Positions 53,979 to 63,694 of a stretch of 64,000 nucleotides of DNA are shown piece by piece. Position 1 is the first letter of the stretch; each line of letters opens with the position of its first letter. A model generated the notes under the pieces. That model did no database searches and was not told where the DNA came from. It saw nothing but the letters and a program-made list of their open reading frames with translations. Origin of the DNA: an uncultured archaeon (GTDB taxonomy: Archaea > Asgardarchaeota > Heimdallarchaeia > Heimdallarchaeales > Kariarchaeaceae); contig CAZRLL010000001.1 of NCBI GenBank assembly GCA_964600735.1, forward strand, positions 28,801 to 92,800. Reading direction: 5' to 3'. A program made the translations under genes and the position numbers.

Positions 53979-54857
53979 TTAATTCTCCCGATCTTTAGGT
54001 TTCTTAAAAGGTTCAATAGTTATACTGTCCTCCATCATTAAACTCTCTTGCGTTACAACCCTTTCGACAGTGTCGTAAATTTCAATTTTATCTATCTTTC
54101 CATATAAAGTATGAGAGTTCCCAACAGGCCATTGACCAACAGTATGTGGAAAACCAGCATCTCCAACTACTAAATCACCACTACCAGTAATGTCTCCAAT
54201 TTTTAATTTCTCTCTAAAACCAACAACTTTGTCTTCAAGCCAAAAAACTAGAAAATTCCCATCAAACGTAGCAACAAAATCAAACATAGTAAGAGAAGGT
54301 ACTCTATCGATACTAAAGAAAACTCCATTATGAAAATCATCGTCCATCCAACTACCATCACCAATGTCAACTAAAAACCAACTAGAATCATTCATTCCAT
54401 CTCTTAAATGTGGAAAACTAGGCGAAGCGTAAAGCATACAATAATTCCGGTACCATTGACCATTACGTTTGTCAATTATATATTGGGATTTACTTGGATT
54501 GTAAAGACCTACAGAAACGCACAACGTAAACTTACTAAGATTAATAGCATCATCATTCAAAATCTTCATAAACGAGTGGCCATTAAAACCAAGCCCGATA
54601 GTTTCATCATCAACTTCCCATTTACGTTGTTCAAAGGACTCCCTAGTACCAACAGAATACGCAGCCGTATCAATTGCCTGCTCAGTCTCGTTTTCTTTAT
54701 TACCTAAAGGCTTGCCCCTACTATCATGTAGATAGACTGGAGTTACATTAAATCCACGAGCATGATTACCATTACCACTTTCATCTTCAACAATACTATT
54801 ACCACTCTTATCAATGTACTTAAAACTACTAGCAGTCCACTTTCCAGTTAAAGCCAT
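53979..54857 (-). CDS. Two-domain LamG/ConA-like protein
   Basis: Internal and neighbour paralogy. Confidence 0.35.
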   Translation of the reverse strand: MALTGKWTASSFKYIDKSGNSIVEDESGNGNHARGFNVTPVYLHDSRGKPLGNKENETEQAIDTAAYSVGTRESFEQRKWEVDDETIGLGFNGHSFMKILNDDAINLSKFTLCVSVGLYNPSKSQYIIDKRNGQWYRNYCMLYASPSFPHLRDGMNDSSWFLVDIGDGSWMDDDFHNGVFFSIDRVPSLTMFDFVATFDGNFLVFWLEDKVVGFREKLKIGDITGSGDLVVGDAGFPHTVGQWPVGNSHTLYGKIDKIEIYDTVERVVTQESLMMEDSITIEPFKKPKDREN

Positions 54858-54868
54858 AAAATTCTCCT

Positions 54869-56005
54869 TTAAAGAACTTCACATTTAAATCCATTTTCAG
54901 CCGCGTGTTTTCTAAAAAATTTCCGCTCACCTTCTCTGCTCGCAACAAAGTGATCGTAAACTTTTAGCCTTCTCCAATCTGTAATCCAAGAGTTATACCC
55001 TTCCCAACCATGCTTTACGTAATACGTAGGTATACCAAGTTGTTTGGCAGCGATTAACAACCCATACTGGTAAAGCCTATTACGCCTCGTAAAAATAACA
55101 GCAGTCTTATAGCGTGGAAATTTCTTTAAATATTCAAAATAAAATTTGGAATGCTCAACAATCTTTGGAACAACACATTTCAGATAGTGGTCTAGCTGTG
55201 GACCTACTACTACCTGAACTAACTCTAAATCAACGCCGCAAAAATCAGATAAGTTACTACATAAGCTATCTACATCCCAGTGAAAGGAACCAGTACGATT
55301 TACTATTACATCAACGATTGGAACGACCTTACACTTGCGAAATTGAAACTTCATATCTCTTAACGTCGCCATTGTACTAGCAAACAAATACGTCCAACCA
55401 CTAGGCTTCCCGAACCAGATAAACCTACAGTACCTAAACCAATCGTAAACATTCCTTATAAATCCTATATCCCTCCAGCTAGTAACCTTCTTAATACCAA
55501 CATCCGGAACATGAATTAAAGTAGCCTCAATAGACTCCGCAATTCTATAAAAAATAGATCTCTGAAAAAACAGGAGTTCGTCGTTTGGTTGTCCACTTTT
55601 ATTTCTATTAGCGAAGTAATAAATTTTACTTGGATTCTCTTCTTTTAAAATACGCTCAAACTGTACTGCTTTTCTAACAAAAGAGTCAACCATCCCTTTT
55701 AGTACAGCAACACAGTAAGTAGACATTGGGATGTAGAAAGAAGAAACTTCTGGGTACAACCTTGCAGTAGTAGACTCTACAAGGTTAAGCCAGTTCTCAA
55801 AACTAGAAGTATACTTATCTGTTTCTTCCCATACTAAATAGTCTTCCGGAATCTTGTAGGTAAGCCCTAGTTCATCTAACTCGTACATAGCCAGTGGAGA
55901 CAAAGCGACAAGTTGAAGATTCCCATCCAAACCAGCTAGAAGTGGTTCAACCTCTACACTAAAGTCCTCAACAAAGACTAACGAATTATTAGTTGTCATC
56001 GCCAA
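54869..56005 (-). CDS. Hypothetical protein, possibly a GT-B-like sugar/nonulosonic-acid transferase
   Basis: 378-aa ORF inside the cluster. No firm motif. Confidence 0.25.
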   Translation of the reverse strand: MAMTTNNSLVFVEDFSVEVEPLLAGLDGNLQLVALSPLAMYELDELGLTYKIPEDYLVWEETDKYTSSFENWLNLVESTTARLYPEVSSFYIPMSTYCVAVLKGMVDSFVRKAVQFERILKEENPSKIYYFANRNKSGQPNDELLFFQRSIFYRIAESIEATLIHVPDVGIKKVTSWRDIGFIRNVYDWFRYCRFIWFGKPSGWTYLFASTMATLRDMKFQFRKCKVVPIVDVIVNRTGSFHWDVDSLCSNLSDFCGVDLELVQVVVGPQLDHYLKCVVPKIVEHSKFYFEYLKKFPRYKTAVIFTRRNRLYQYGLLIAAKQLGIPTYYVKHGWEGYNSWITDWRRLKVYDHFVASREGERKFFRKHAAENGFKCEVL

Positions 56006-56523
56006 TCATCCTCTTTGTATGTATAAAATTTACTACTAAACCAACCACCCTCCATATAAACAGTGTCTGAAATAGTAGCTTCACATTTAAAGCTACATCC
56101 TTCAAATAAGCGAATACCTGGCACATTAAAAGCATATATTTCAGCATATATACGATGAAGCCCTAAAACGTCAAAGGCTTTTATTTTCAAGTACCTCAAT
56201 ACCTCACTCCCAATTCCAGTTCTCCTTCTGAAAGAATCTCCAATGTAAATACTAACTTCGGCGCTCCTGTTGATAAGATCAATGTAACACAAACCGCAGA
56301 CCCCAACCAGTTCAGCATGCTCATTAATATCAGACCTAGAAGAGACAATTCCATACATCAAGTTTTTATCAAGATCTAAATTATCAAACCAACTCTTATG
56401 CTCTTTCCAAGAAAGTTCCCTCCACTGCCTAGTCCTCGACATAATAAGTGGATCATTTCGCCACTTAAATAGAGTTAGTAAGTCTTCTTCATCAATGGGT
56501 CTCAGCACGACATATAAAGTCAT
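55996..56523 (-). CDS. GNAT N-acetyltransferase (PseH-like)
   Basis: RRRTGIGSEVL..KAFDVLGLHRIYAEI acetyl-CoA-binding motif. Adjacent to the aminotransferase. Confidence 0.55.
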   Translation of the reverse strand: MTLYVVLRPIDEEDLLTLFKWRNDPLIMSRTRQWRELSWKEHKSWFDNLDLDKNLMYGIVSSRSDINEHAELVGVCGLCYIDLINRSAEVSIYIGDSFRRRTGIGSEVLRYLKIKAFDVLGLHRIYAEIYAFNVPGIRLFEGCSFKCEATISDTVYMEGGWFSSKFYTYKEDDWR

Positions 56524-57704
56524 AATAAGTAATCTCCAGTCTCTAGAAGTTCTTTAGTAGCAGATACGACATGGTTAACATCTTTAGTCGTCATACCTGG
56601 TCCTAAAGGAAGACTAACAGTACGTTTTCCAATCCATTCTGCATTATTAAACATTCCGGAGTGCCACCCCAAGTTCCGATAACAAGGATGTAAATTAACT
56701 GGCTTATAATGAATGCCACAATAAACCTGTTTTTCCCGCATTTTAGCAATAAAGTCGTCACGGTTACCAAGGCAGATTGTGTACAGATGATATCCATGAA
56801 CGTACCCAACATTAGGATTCAAAGATGGTCTAATTCCAGGATAGATTCCATTAAAAATTTCACGATTACAGAAATTCTTAAAGGCAAGATTATATTGATT
56901 CCAAATGTACTTTCTAGCCTCCCAGTTAGCTTCAACGTTCCTTAGTTGAGACAAAGCGACTACCGCCTCAAAATCAGTGCAATTAGCTTTATAACCGCAA
57001 TCAACAAGACTATAAGTGCCATTACTGTTAACCCTCTCTGAAGCCTCAGCGTCCATCCCATGAATACGTAACCTCCTCAACTTTTCTGCTTTCTCTTCAT
57101 CGTTCGTAACTATCATACCCATCTCTGGAGCAGCAATATTTTTAGTAGGATTAAAAGAGTAACATCCCATGTCCCCAAACGTCCCGACATGTTGCCTATG
57201 AAACTGAGTCTCTACCGCATGAGCACAATCTTCTACTATCCTAGCTCCAGTCTCTTTACTTAACTCAACAAACTCATTCATGTTACAAGGAAAGCCAGCA
57301 AAGTGGACTGGAAGTAAAACATCGTCAGGACCTGGTTTAGGGAAAATGTTACTCGGGTTCATACATTGAGTATCAAAGTTGATGTCAGCCAGGAAAACTC
57401 CCCTAGCACCAGCGTGGATAGCAGAGTTAATAGTAGAACAAAACGTTAAAGGGCTTGTGTAGACATAATGATCTCTAACATCTAAAACTATCAGGCTCAA
57501 AAACAAAGACATAGAACAACTATTAGTAGCAATAGCATATTTAGCCCCAACGTACTCTGCGAACTCTTTTTCGAGATTCTTAGTGTATTCACCCATAGTC
57601 CACCATCCAGAAGTCAAGACAGTCATCAAGTCAAGCAGAACACGCTGCGTATTTATATTAGGTTTTGCTAAAGGAATCATGTACCAGTACCTGCGCGATA
57701 CCAA
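56520..57704 (-). CDS. DegT/DnrJ/EryC1 PLP-dependent sugar aminotransferase (PseC-like)
   Basis: MIPLAKPNINTQRVLLDLMTVLTSGWWTMGEYTKNLEKEFAEYVGAKYAIATNSCS. Confidence 0.8.
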   Translation of the reverse strand: MVSRRYWYMIPLAKPNINTQRVLLDLMTVLTSGWWTMGEYTKNLEKEFAEYVGAKYAIATNSCSMSLFLSLIVLDVRDHYVYTSPLTFCSTINSAIHAGARGVFLADINFDTQCMNPSNIFPKPGPDDVLLPVHFAGFPCNMNEFVELSKETGARIVEDCAHAVETQFHRQHVGTFGDMGCYSFNPTKNIAAPEMGMIVTNDEEKAEKLRRLRIHGMDAEASERVNSNGTYSLVDCGYKANCTDFEAVVALSQLRNVEANWEARKYIWNQYNLAFKNFCNREIFNGIYPGIRPSLNPNVGYVHGYHLYTICLGNRDDFIAKMREKQVYCGIHYKPVNLHPCYRNLGWHSGMFNNAEWIGKRTVSLPLGPGMTTKDVNHVVSATKELLETGDYLL

Positions 57705-58530
57705 CTTTTGTATAAAGTCCCAGATTTAAGAACTCTATCTATTTGACGCTTACTCCAACTCTTAGGAAAGTCATCCCAGTGACTTCGTACAACTTCCCCG
57801 TGAGTTTGGTTAATAAGAGCCTTTAAAGCACGACCAGCGGCTTTATTCTTCCCGGCAGACTCTTCAAATTTTTCAGTAGTACTACAAATAGCAAATCCGC
57901 TAGCAATTGTGTAGTTACCACCAACTCTGCTCCTAAGGTAACAGGTAACCGAAACTCCATAATCAATCTCAAAAGCAACAACCACGTTACGTTCTACTAA
58001 CCTAGCTACTAACTTCTTATTCAACCCCCTCATCCACTTATTCCTTTTATTTGAAGACATTTTAATCCTCCACATAAACACTTTGGCTTTTACGCCATTC
58101 ACATTCATCATTTACTGCTTCAAAGTCCCGATGAGAGTCAACAAAAAAATCTTGATCTAGCAACCAGTTTAAATAAGTATTCGGGACTGCTGCTAAACAC
58201 CGCTCACCTGACTTACCAAGACCATACTTCCCAAAACTTAGAATATGTTCACTATGAGAACCAACCATGATACCTCTCCATTAACAGGAATCTGACTAAA
58301 AAGACATACATTCTGGATATAACCCAGAAGGATTTCTTTTAGAGTTCATCGTTTGCCCCTTAATTAAATTAAAAGTGGAAAGGCAAGTCGGTATCTTTCG
58401 CCCGCTCAACCGATAGTTTACGTGAATGTGTTGGAGCTTGCCAATCCACTCATTTGATAAATTCCCCCGCCCTGGATAAGAACAGCAGCAGAATATTCTT
58501 GACTTGCCACTTCCACTACTCGCAGCACAA

Positions 58531-58830
58531 CTAAACTCCCGATCGTTTAACATAAACGTCACCATGGCAAGGTTCTGGAGCACAGTGACATAGTAAAGTT
58601 CTATTCTTTAGAAGATGCTCGTTTTCTAAAACCCATTTCCTTCTTTGAGGCGCGACTTCGGGATGCTTTCCATCTAGCCACTCCTCAAATTTCTTTATCA
58701 CATCAGCTCTACTACCATCACGCCCTATTCTAAACGGGTTACCGTAGTGCTTGTATTTTCGTGGACCACGTCCAATGTAGACACCCTTAGCATATTTGTC
58801 CATTTTAATATTACATACTTTAGTTTGCAT
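58531..58830 (-). CDS. DUF4326-family protein
   Basis: YIGRG...GNPF and LLCHCAPEPCHGDV motifs. Confidence 0.5.
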   Translation of the reverse strand: MQTKVCNIKMDKYAKGVYIGRGPRKYKHYGNPFRIGRDGSRADVIKKFEEWLDGKHPEVAPQRRKWVLENEHLLKNRTLLCHCAPEPCHGDVYVKRSGV

Positions 58831-58831
58831 G

Positions 58832-59512
58832 TTACCTAACCTCTCTTACATCACTAACACCATGTTTATCTTGCGTAACTTCAAACACCTTATCTGCACT
58901 ATCTATCATATGTGGTAAGTGAGATATCATTAGTATCTGGAGATTATGGTCTAGTGTTATTTGCTTAATCATTTCAGAACATCTTCCTTGAAGATTAGAT
59001 GAAACATACTTAAAAGGCTCATCTAATAACAAAAAAGGACGAGTACGACCAAAACTCCATATAGCAATAAAAATCCCAAACGATGCAACGTCAAGAGGTC
59101 CACCTCCAGCACTAGACATTGGATTAAACCTATCAAAACCCTTCGTGAAGTAAAAGTCGCACTCAGTTACATTACGCCTTTCAACAAAGTCTAACTCAAC
59201 CCCATAAGGATCGTCAAATATAGCAGATTCTGCTAAACCCACAACACCAGATATATGGTATTCAACAACACTTTGAGTTTCACTGGCAACCTTTTGTACG
59301 ATGACTCTGGCTTTTCCAGCATCACTAATTACCTTTTCCAAATCCTTTATCTCTCTTTCTTTTGCATCTATCTCTTCTAACAAAGATTCCCTTTTTACTT
59401 TAGCCTTAAGTACCGCATCCCTAGCTTCTAAGAATTTATTACTAGAAGCAAGAACGTCTGAATTCATACTATAAACTTTGTTACTAGAGGTCATATTCTT
59501 CTTCCAACTCAC
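58832..59512 (-). CDS. Rad50/SbcC-like ATPase, C-terminal half (signature/Walker B/H-loop)
   Basis: Coiled-coil N-part, then LLLDEPF (Walker B), D-loop and ISH (H-loop). Confidence 0.6.
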   Translation of the reverse strand: MSWKKNMTSSNKVYSMNSDVLASSNKFLEARDAVLKAKVKRESLLEEIDAKEREIKDLEKVISDAGKARVIVQKVASETQSVVEYHISGVVGLAESAIFDDPYGVELDFVERRNVTECDFYFTKGFDRFNPMSSAGGGPLDVASFGIFIAIWSFGRTRPFLLLDEPFKYVSSNLQGRCSEMIKQITLDHNLQILMISHLPHMIDSADKVFEVTQDKHGVSDVREVR

Positions 59513-59759
59513 TAAATATCTTATCTATTCTTCTGTTTCTTAGGGCAACCCGCTCGTCAATATTTTTACACCTACTTTTAGAAGCCTCGATACTCTTACA
59601 CTTGTACTCCCTTCTAAGTCTCTCTAAAACATTCTCTTGCTTCCCAGTAGCAACAAGCTTCTTTTCCCTTCTCTCTTCTAAAGTAGCCCTCAGCTTATTA
59701 ACCCGGCGAAGTTTCCTTTCCAACTCAAGCTCATCTGAATCCATAGTTCTCATTACCAA
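59484..59759 (-). CDS. Small coiled-coil protein between the sbcD and sbcC C-half genes
   Basis: Charged heptad-like 91-aa ORF. Confidence 0.3.
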   Translation of the reverse strand: MVMRTMDSDELELERKLRRVNKLRATLEERREKKLVATGKQENVLERLRREYKCKSIEASKSRCKNIDERVALRNRRIDKIFSELEEEYDL

Positions 59760-60721
59760 CCGTCTCCTTCAAGTTCCCCAAACTTCTTTACTCCATCATC
59801 AATTATCTTCCTTACACCTTTTGGTACTTTCATTTGGTCTAATCTAGTATACAAGTTTTTCAAAAAATCTACCCCGACTTTTTTCGATTTTGAAATTGAA
59901 CGTATAAACAAGTCAAGATCTTTTTTCTTTTCCAACTCACGCTCTGCGTAGTCAATAGCAAATACCGCCTCAGCTGGAGCTATATTAGTAAGCCTTCTTC
60001 TTACAATAGACCTAGAATCTGATTCGTAAATGTACGAGACTGGTTTATGGTCAACTTGATCAATATTTGCTCTCATCAAGCTACCACAATTTACAACATA
60101 CCGGCTAGACGAATCTTTAAAAATAAGTGACTTATGATTGTCTCCACATACAACAAGATCGTAGCTATTCTCTTCCAACAAAGACGAAGCAGTTACAAAG
60201 TCAGTTTGACCTGGCCATTGAAGGTTAGTATCTGCAGTAACCATCTTATGGATAAGAAGTACGTTAATAGTATCATCAGCAGAGTCGACATCGACATAGA
60301 ATACGTCGTCACCCCACGAACACCCATAAATAACGATTGGAGCATGAGCACTAGGATCTCTACCCCGAACACATATACCATTTCTACTAGCAACTTCTAC
60401 AACTCCCGCTGCTTCTAAAACCGCTAGAGGAATATTGTCAATATTAGTTGACTGATATCTAAGATCGTGTTGACCCCTGACGCACAAAATCTTTACTTCA
60501 TATCTCTTAAACAACTCTATGTACCTTCTCATAGTGTCAAAAGAGGGATGGCAACTATCAAAGAAGTCACCAGGTTGAAGTAAATACGCACAACCCTCGT
60601 CTACTGCAGTAGCCAACAACCATTCAACTTTCTTTTCTTGTGCTAAAGCATAATCGATATCTATACGACTTCTTGGCCGTTGAAACCTTAACTGCCAATC
60701 ACCAGTACATAAGAATCTCAT
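59753..60721 (-). CDS. sbcD: Mre11/SbcD-like calcineurin-fold nuclease
   Basis: MRFLCTGDWQLRF (motif I), QPGDFFD (motif II), VRGQHDL (motif III, GNHD-like). The start was trimmed to MRFLC. Confidence 0.65.
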   Translation of the reverse strand: MRFLCTGDWQLRFQRPRSRIDIDYALAQEKKVEWLLATAVDEGCAYLLQPGDFFDSCHPSFDTMRRYIELFKRYEVKILCVRGQHDLRYQSTNIDNIPLAVLEAAGVVEVASRNGICVRGRDPSAHAPIVIYGCSWGDDVFYVDVDSADDTINVLLIHKMVTADTNLQWPGQTDFVTASSLLEENSYDLVVCGDNHKSLIFKDSSSRYVVNCGSLMRANIDQVDHKPVSYIYESDSRSIVRRRLTNIAPAEAVFAIDYAERELEKKKDLDLFIRSISKSKKVGVDFLKNLYTRLDQMKVPKGVRKIIDDGVKKFGELEGDGW

Positions 60722-60889
60722 AATGCTACCTGCATTCTTTAGTATGTAGATGGGGATAATACTGATACGAATAGCATGAACAACTCCTATACCTATTAAG
60801 ATATGGACTACTCCCACTATCCATTAGACTACCGCGAAGGATACTACAACCAGGCAACAACACAAACAACCCTATGAGCACTATGGCTT

Positions 60890-61960
60890 TCATATGCTAC
60901 GTAGACATAGTGGGCAAATTCCAGAACCCATTTCCTTTTTATATTGCTTTTCCAATACTTCTATCTCTCTATTTAAACCTGTTATCTCAGCAGAAAGAGC
61001 GCCATGCTCATTTATTAACCTACCAAACTCCTCTCTACTAACCCTGACCTTCTTCTGCTTACGAATCTCTAGAGCTAGTTCATCTAGAATTTCCTTTGCT
61101 TCAATCCCTTCATTACACTTCTCGATCTCAAGTCCTATAGATTCAAAGTTGCCAATTAATTCAATAATCATATTTCGCGTAGCAAGGTCATTCATTACAT
61201 CGTCTGCAAGTTGAAATAAATCGCCAGTCTTTTCTTCGACTTCATCAAGCATGGCATACCTATTCAACTCAGCCTGAAGGATAAAGTAGTCGTCACGTAA
61301 CTGATATATGTCCGTTCTCTCTCTTCTATAAACAGCGCGTTGATTAAGATACGTTTCCAAGAGACCAACAGCCTTTACATGTTCGTCAACGTTCTTGTAT
61401 CTGTTTGCCTCTGCTTTTAATTCTACTATTTCTTTTTTTCTAGTTCTAATCCCAGCATCAGCAGTCCTATCGGTACTATTAATATGAGAAAGAAGAAAGT
61501 CTATCGATTCGAGTCCTGTAACAGAATTTAAAACCTTAGCAGCAGCCGCTGGAGTATCCTGTAACAAAAAGTACCTGTCATGTTGTAGTTGGACGTTATA
61601 TTCAGATAAGTTTACAGCATCGCTAATTTCTTTTGGCACGCCCTTTCCAACTGCTTTGAAGACTTTACGATTAAGTCTGTATCTATTATTCTGACTTGCT
61701 GTACCAGGAACTCTTTCCCTTGAAAAAACATTACCTTTGTCATCTTCAACAACGAACTTAGTAACATCCTTTTTATCAGCAAAAGTAGAACGAAAACTAA
61801 AGTCTTGAAGTGAATTTTTTAGGAACCAAGTAAAGGCCCGACCTACAGAACTCTTTCCTTTATCGCTCTCACCAATTATAACGTTAAGTCCCGGATGAAG
61901 AACAAACTCACCTTCCTCCCAAGATTGGAAGTACGCTATTTTTAAACGTTTAAGCATCAC
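60890..61960 (-). CDS. Rad50/SbcC-like ATPase, N-terminal half ending at a CxxC zinc hook
   Basis: Walker A GESDKGKSS, a long coiled coil, and the C-terminal ...SGICPLCLRSI. Confidence 0.6.
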   Translation of the reverse strand: MMLKRLKIAYFQSWEEGEFVLHPGLNVIIGESDKGKSSVGRAFTWFLKNSLQDFSFRSTFADKKDVTKFVVEDDKGNVFSRERVPGTASQNNRYRLNRKVFKAVGKGVPKEISDAVNLSEYNVQLQHDRYFLLQDTPAAAAKVLNSVTGLESIDFLLSHINSTDRTADAGIRTRKKEIVELKAEANRYKNVDEHVKAVGLLETYLNQRAVYRRERTDIYQLRDDYFILQAELNRYAMLDEVEEKTGDLFQLADDVMNDLATRNMIIELIGNFESIGLEIEKCNEGIEAKEILDELALEIRKQKKVRVSREEFGRLINEHGALSAEITGLNREIEVLEKQYKKEMGSGICPLCLRSI

Positions 61961-62271
61961 CTATCTTACCATACCAGTCAACCCAATCACTAAGTCTCAT
62001 CATGACTAAATCCTTTGACCTTCTTTGGTGAGTTATATGTATAACTACTAAGGGAATCTTGCCACTTGGGCAATTTCTAATTGCTTGTTCCATCCAACCA
62101 AACCCAACGAACTTCTTCCTGTCCTTATACTCTGCACTAAAACTTTCACTCTTTGCATCCTCACCACCATATAAACCTTTAAGATCGAACCCCATAGCTT
62201 CTGCAGTAACTTTTTCGTTACGCCGCCCACGCTTTCTATTACGCTTAACGACTTTAACTTGCCGATCACGC

Positions 62272-63351
62272 TTACTCGCCATTGCTTTCCGCTTCATCTC
62301 TTCTATACCTGCCTTTCCTAACCTTCGTTTTGTACACTTTCCTATAAAGACTACAAGTTAGGTCTAATAAATCTTCTTCCAAATCATTCCTTTCAACAAA
62401 CCCAATAAACTTCCTCAGCGTGTAGACCGGGCTATGATCATAAAGTCCAAACCACTTACTATCTTTACCGTCAACATCTAAACCAGTAGTATAAGTTTTT
62501 AACCACAACGCGCAGTCAAGAATGTCATCTATTCCATGACCATACTGAATAGAAAAATCTGATTCTCTAAAAGCGTCGTCTTCACTATTCTTTTCAACAC
62601 GGCCATGTATCCGGATTCCAACAACCTTAGTTATCTCCTTCCCAGCAGGAGAATCTGTATCAGTTATCTTTCCCTGCTTTGGCACAGAAAACCTAACTCT
62701 AACAGACGGCCAATGAATCATAGCATTACCACCAGGTACAATTTTCTTCGGGCCAAACGACTTACCAACAGCGTCAATTAACTGATTTGAAAACACAACT
62801 GCCGTTCCGCTGCCACTGTACACCCTATCCCTTAAATACCTCATATTCTTTTGAAGCGCTTTTGCTTTTGCTTGACCCATTTTATCAGATGCTTCTACTT
62901 CAACCCTACTATACAACGCTGCTATGGGATCGACTATATACAAGCATTTCTCCCCAGACTTTAACTTGTCTAACTTCTGAAACATAGTTTCAAAGCACCC
63001 TTCAATAGTAGAACTACCAGGATCTAAATAAACAAACCTTTTGTCTGACAACGACAAGCCAAAAGTATCAATACGACTCAAGTCCCATCTCCTTTCTATA
63101 TCATCTACTACTACAAGATCATATCCCTTTCTTAAAGCGTCGCCACACAACTCACCACATATATACGTTTTACCAGTCGCTCCACCCCCAGAGAACTCAG
63201 TTATCCTACCAGATGGAATACCACCATAGTTAGACTTATTACAACTAACAGACAAGTCAAGGGGTGTAGACCCAGTACTTAAGTAGTCAGTAACAACAGA
63301 TGTTCTTTTAAGAATTGATATACCTTCTTTTTTAGATGCTTTCCTCTTCAC
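62272..63351 (-). CDS. RecA-superfamily ATPase (RecA/UvsX/Sak4-like recombinase candidate)
   Basis: GGIPSGRITEFSGGGATGKTYICGEL resembles the RecA Walker-A region [21 protein letters not shown]. Confidence 0.45.
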   Translation of the reverse strand: MKRKASKKEGISILKRTSVVTDYLSTGSTPLDLSVSCNKSNYGGIPSGRITEFSGGGATGKTYICGELCGDALRKGYDLVVVDDIERRWDLSRIDTFGLSLSDKRFVYLDPGSSTIEGCFETMFQKLDKLKSGEKCLYIVDPIAALYSRVEVEASDKMGQAKAKALQKNMRYLRDRVYSGSGTAVVFSNQLIDAVGKSFGPKKIVPGGNAMIHWPSVRVRFSVPKQGKITDTDSPAGKEITKVVGIRIHGRVEKNSEDDAFRESDFSIQYGHGIDDILDCALWLKTYTTGLDVDGKDSKWFGLYDHSPVYTLRKFIGFVERNDLEEDLLDLTCSLYRKVYKTKVRKGRYRRDEAESNGE

Positions 63352-63694
63352 TGCAACTGTCCTCCACTGAAAAGTCTGGTTCTAAATCTACCTTAAACTG
63401 TTTTGCTGGTAAATACTTTACCTTTAAGTACAAGGCTTTAATTACTCTATGCCACCCATTCATAATATATCCATCTGATCTCAAAATAATAGGAGTTGTT
63501 AAGTTAGCATCATAGACCCTCCTGGAGTGATTAAGATAATCGTGTAGGTTAACTAGCTTCCACCTTAGTATTTCACTTTGGTCAACACTACTCACATCAA
63601 ATGAAAAAACTACAAAGTCTTTCGAGGCTTTAATCAAAGACGAAGCCCTCCAAACATTCCCATCCTCTCCAACAAAACAGTCTTTAAATTTCAT
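63332..63694 (-). CDS. ParB-like nuclease domain protein
   Basis: SDGYIMNGWHRVIKAL resembles the ParB/Srx DGxHRxxA motif. Confidence 0.35.
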   Translation of the reverse strand: MKFKDCFVGEDGNVWRASSLIKASKDFVVFSFDVSSVDQSEILRWKLVNLHDYLNHSRRVYDANLTTPIILRSDGYIMNGWHRVIKALYLKVKYLPAKQFKVDLEPDFSVEDSCSEEESI

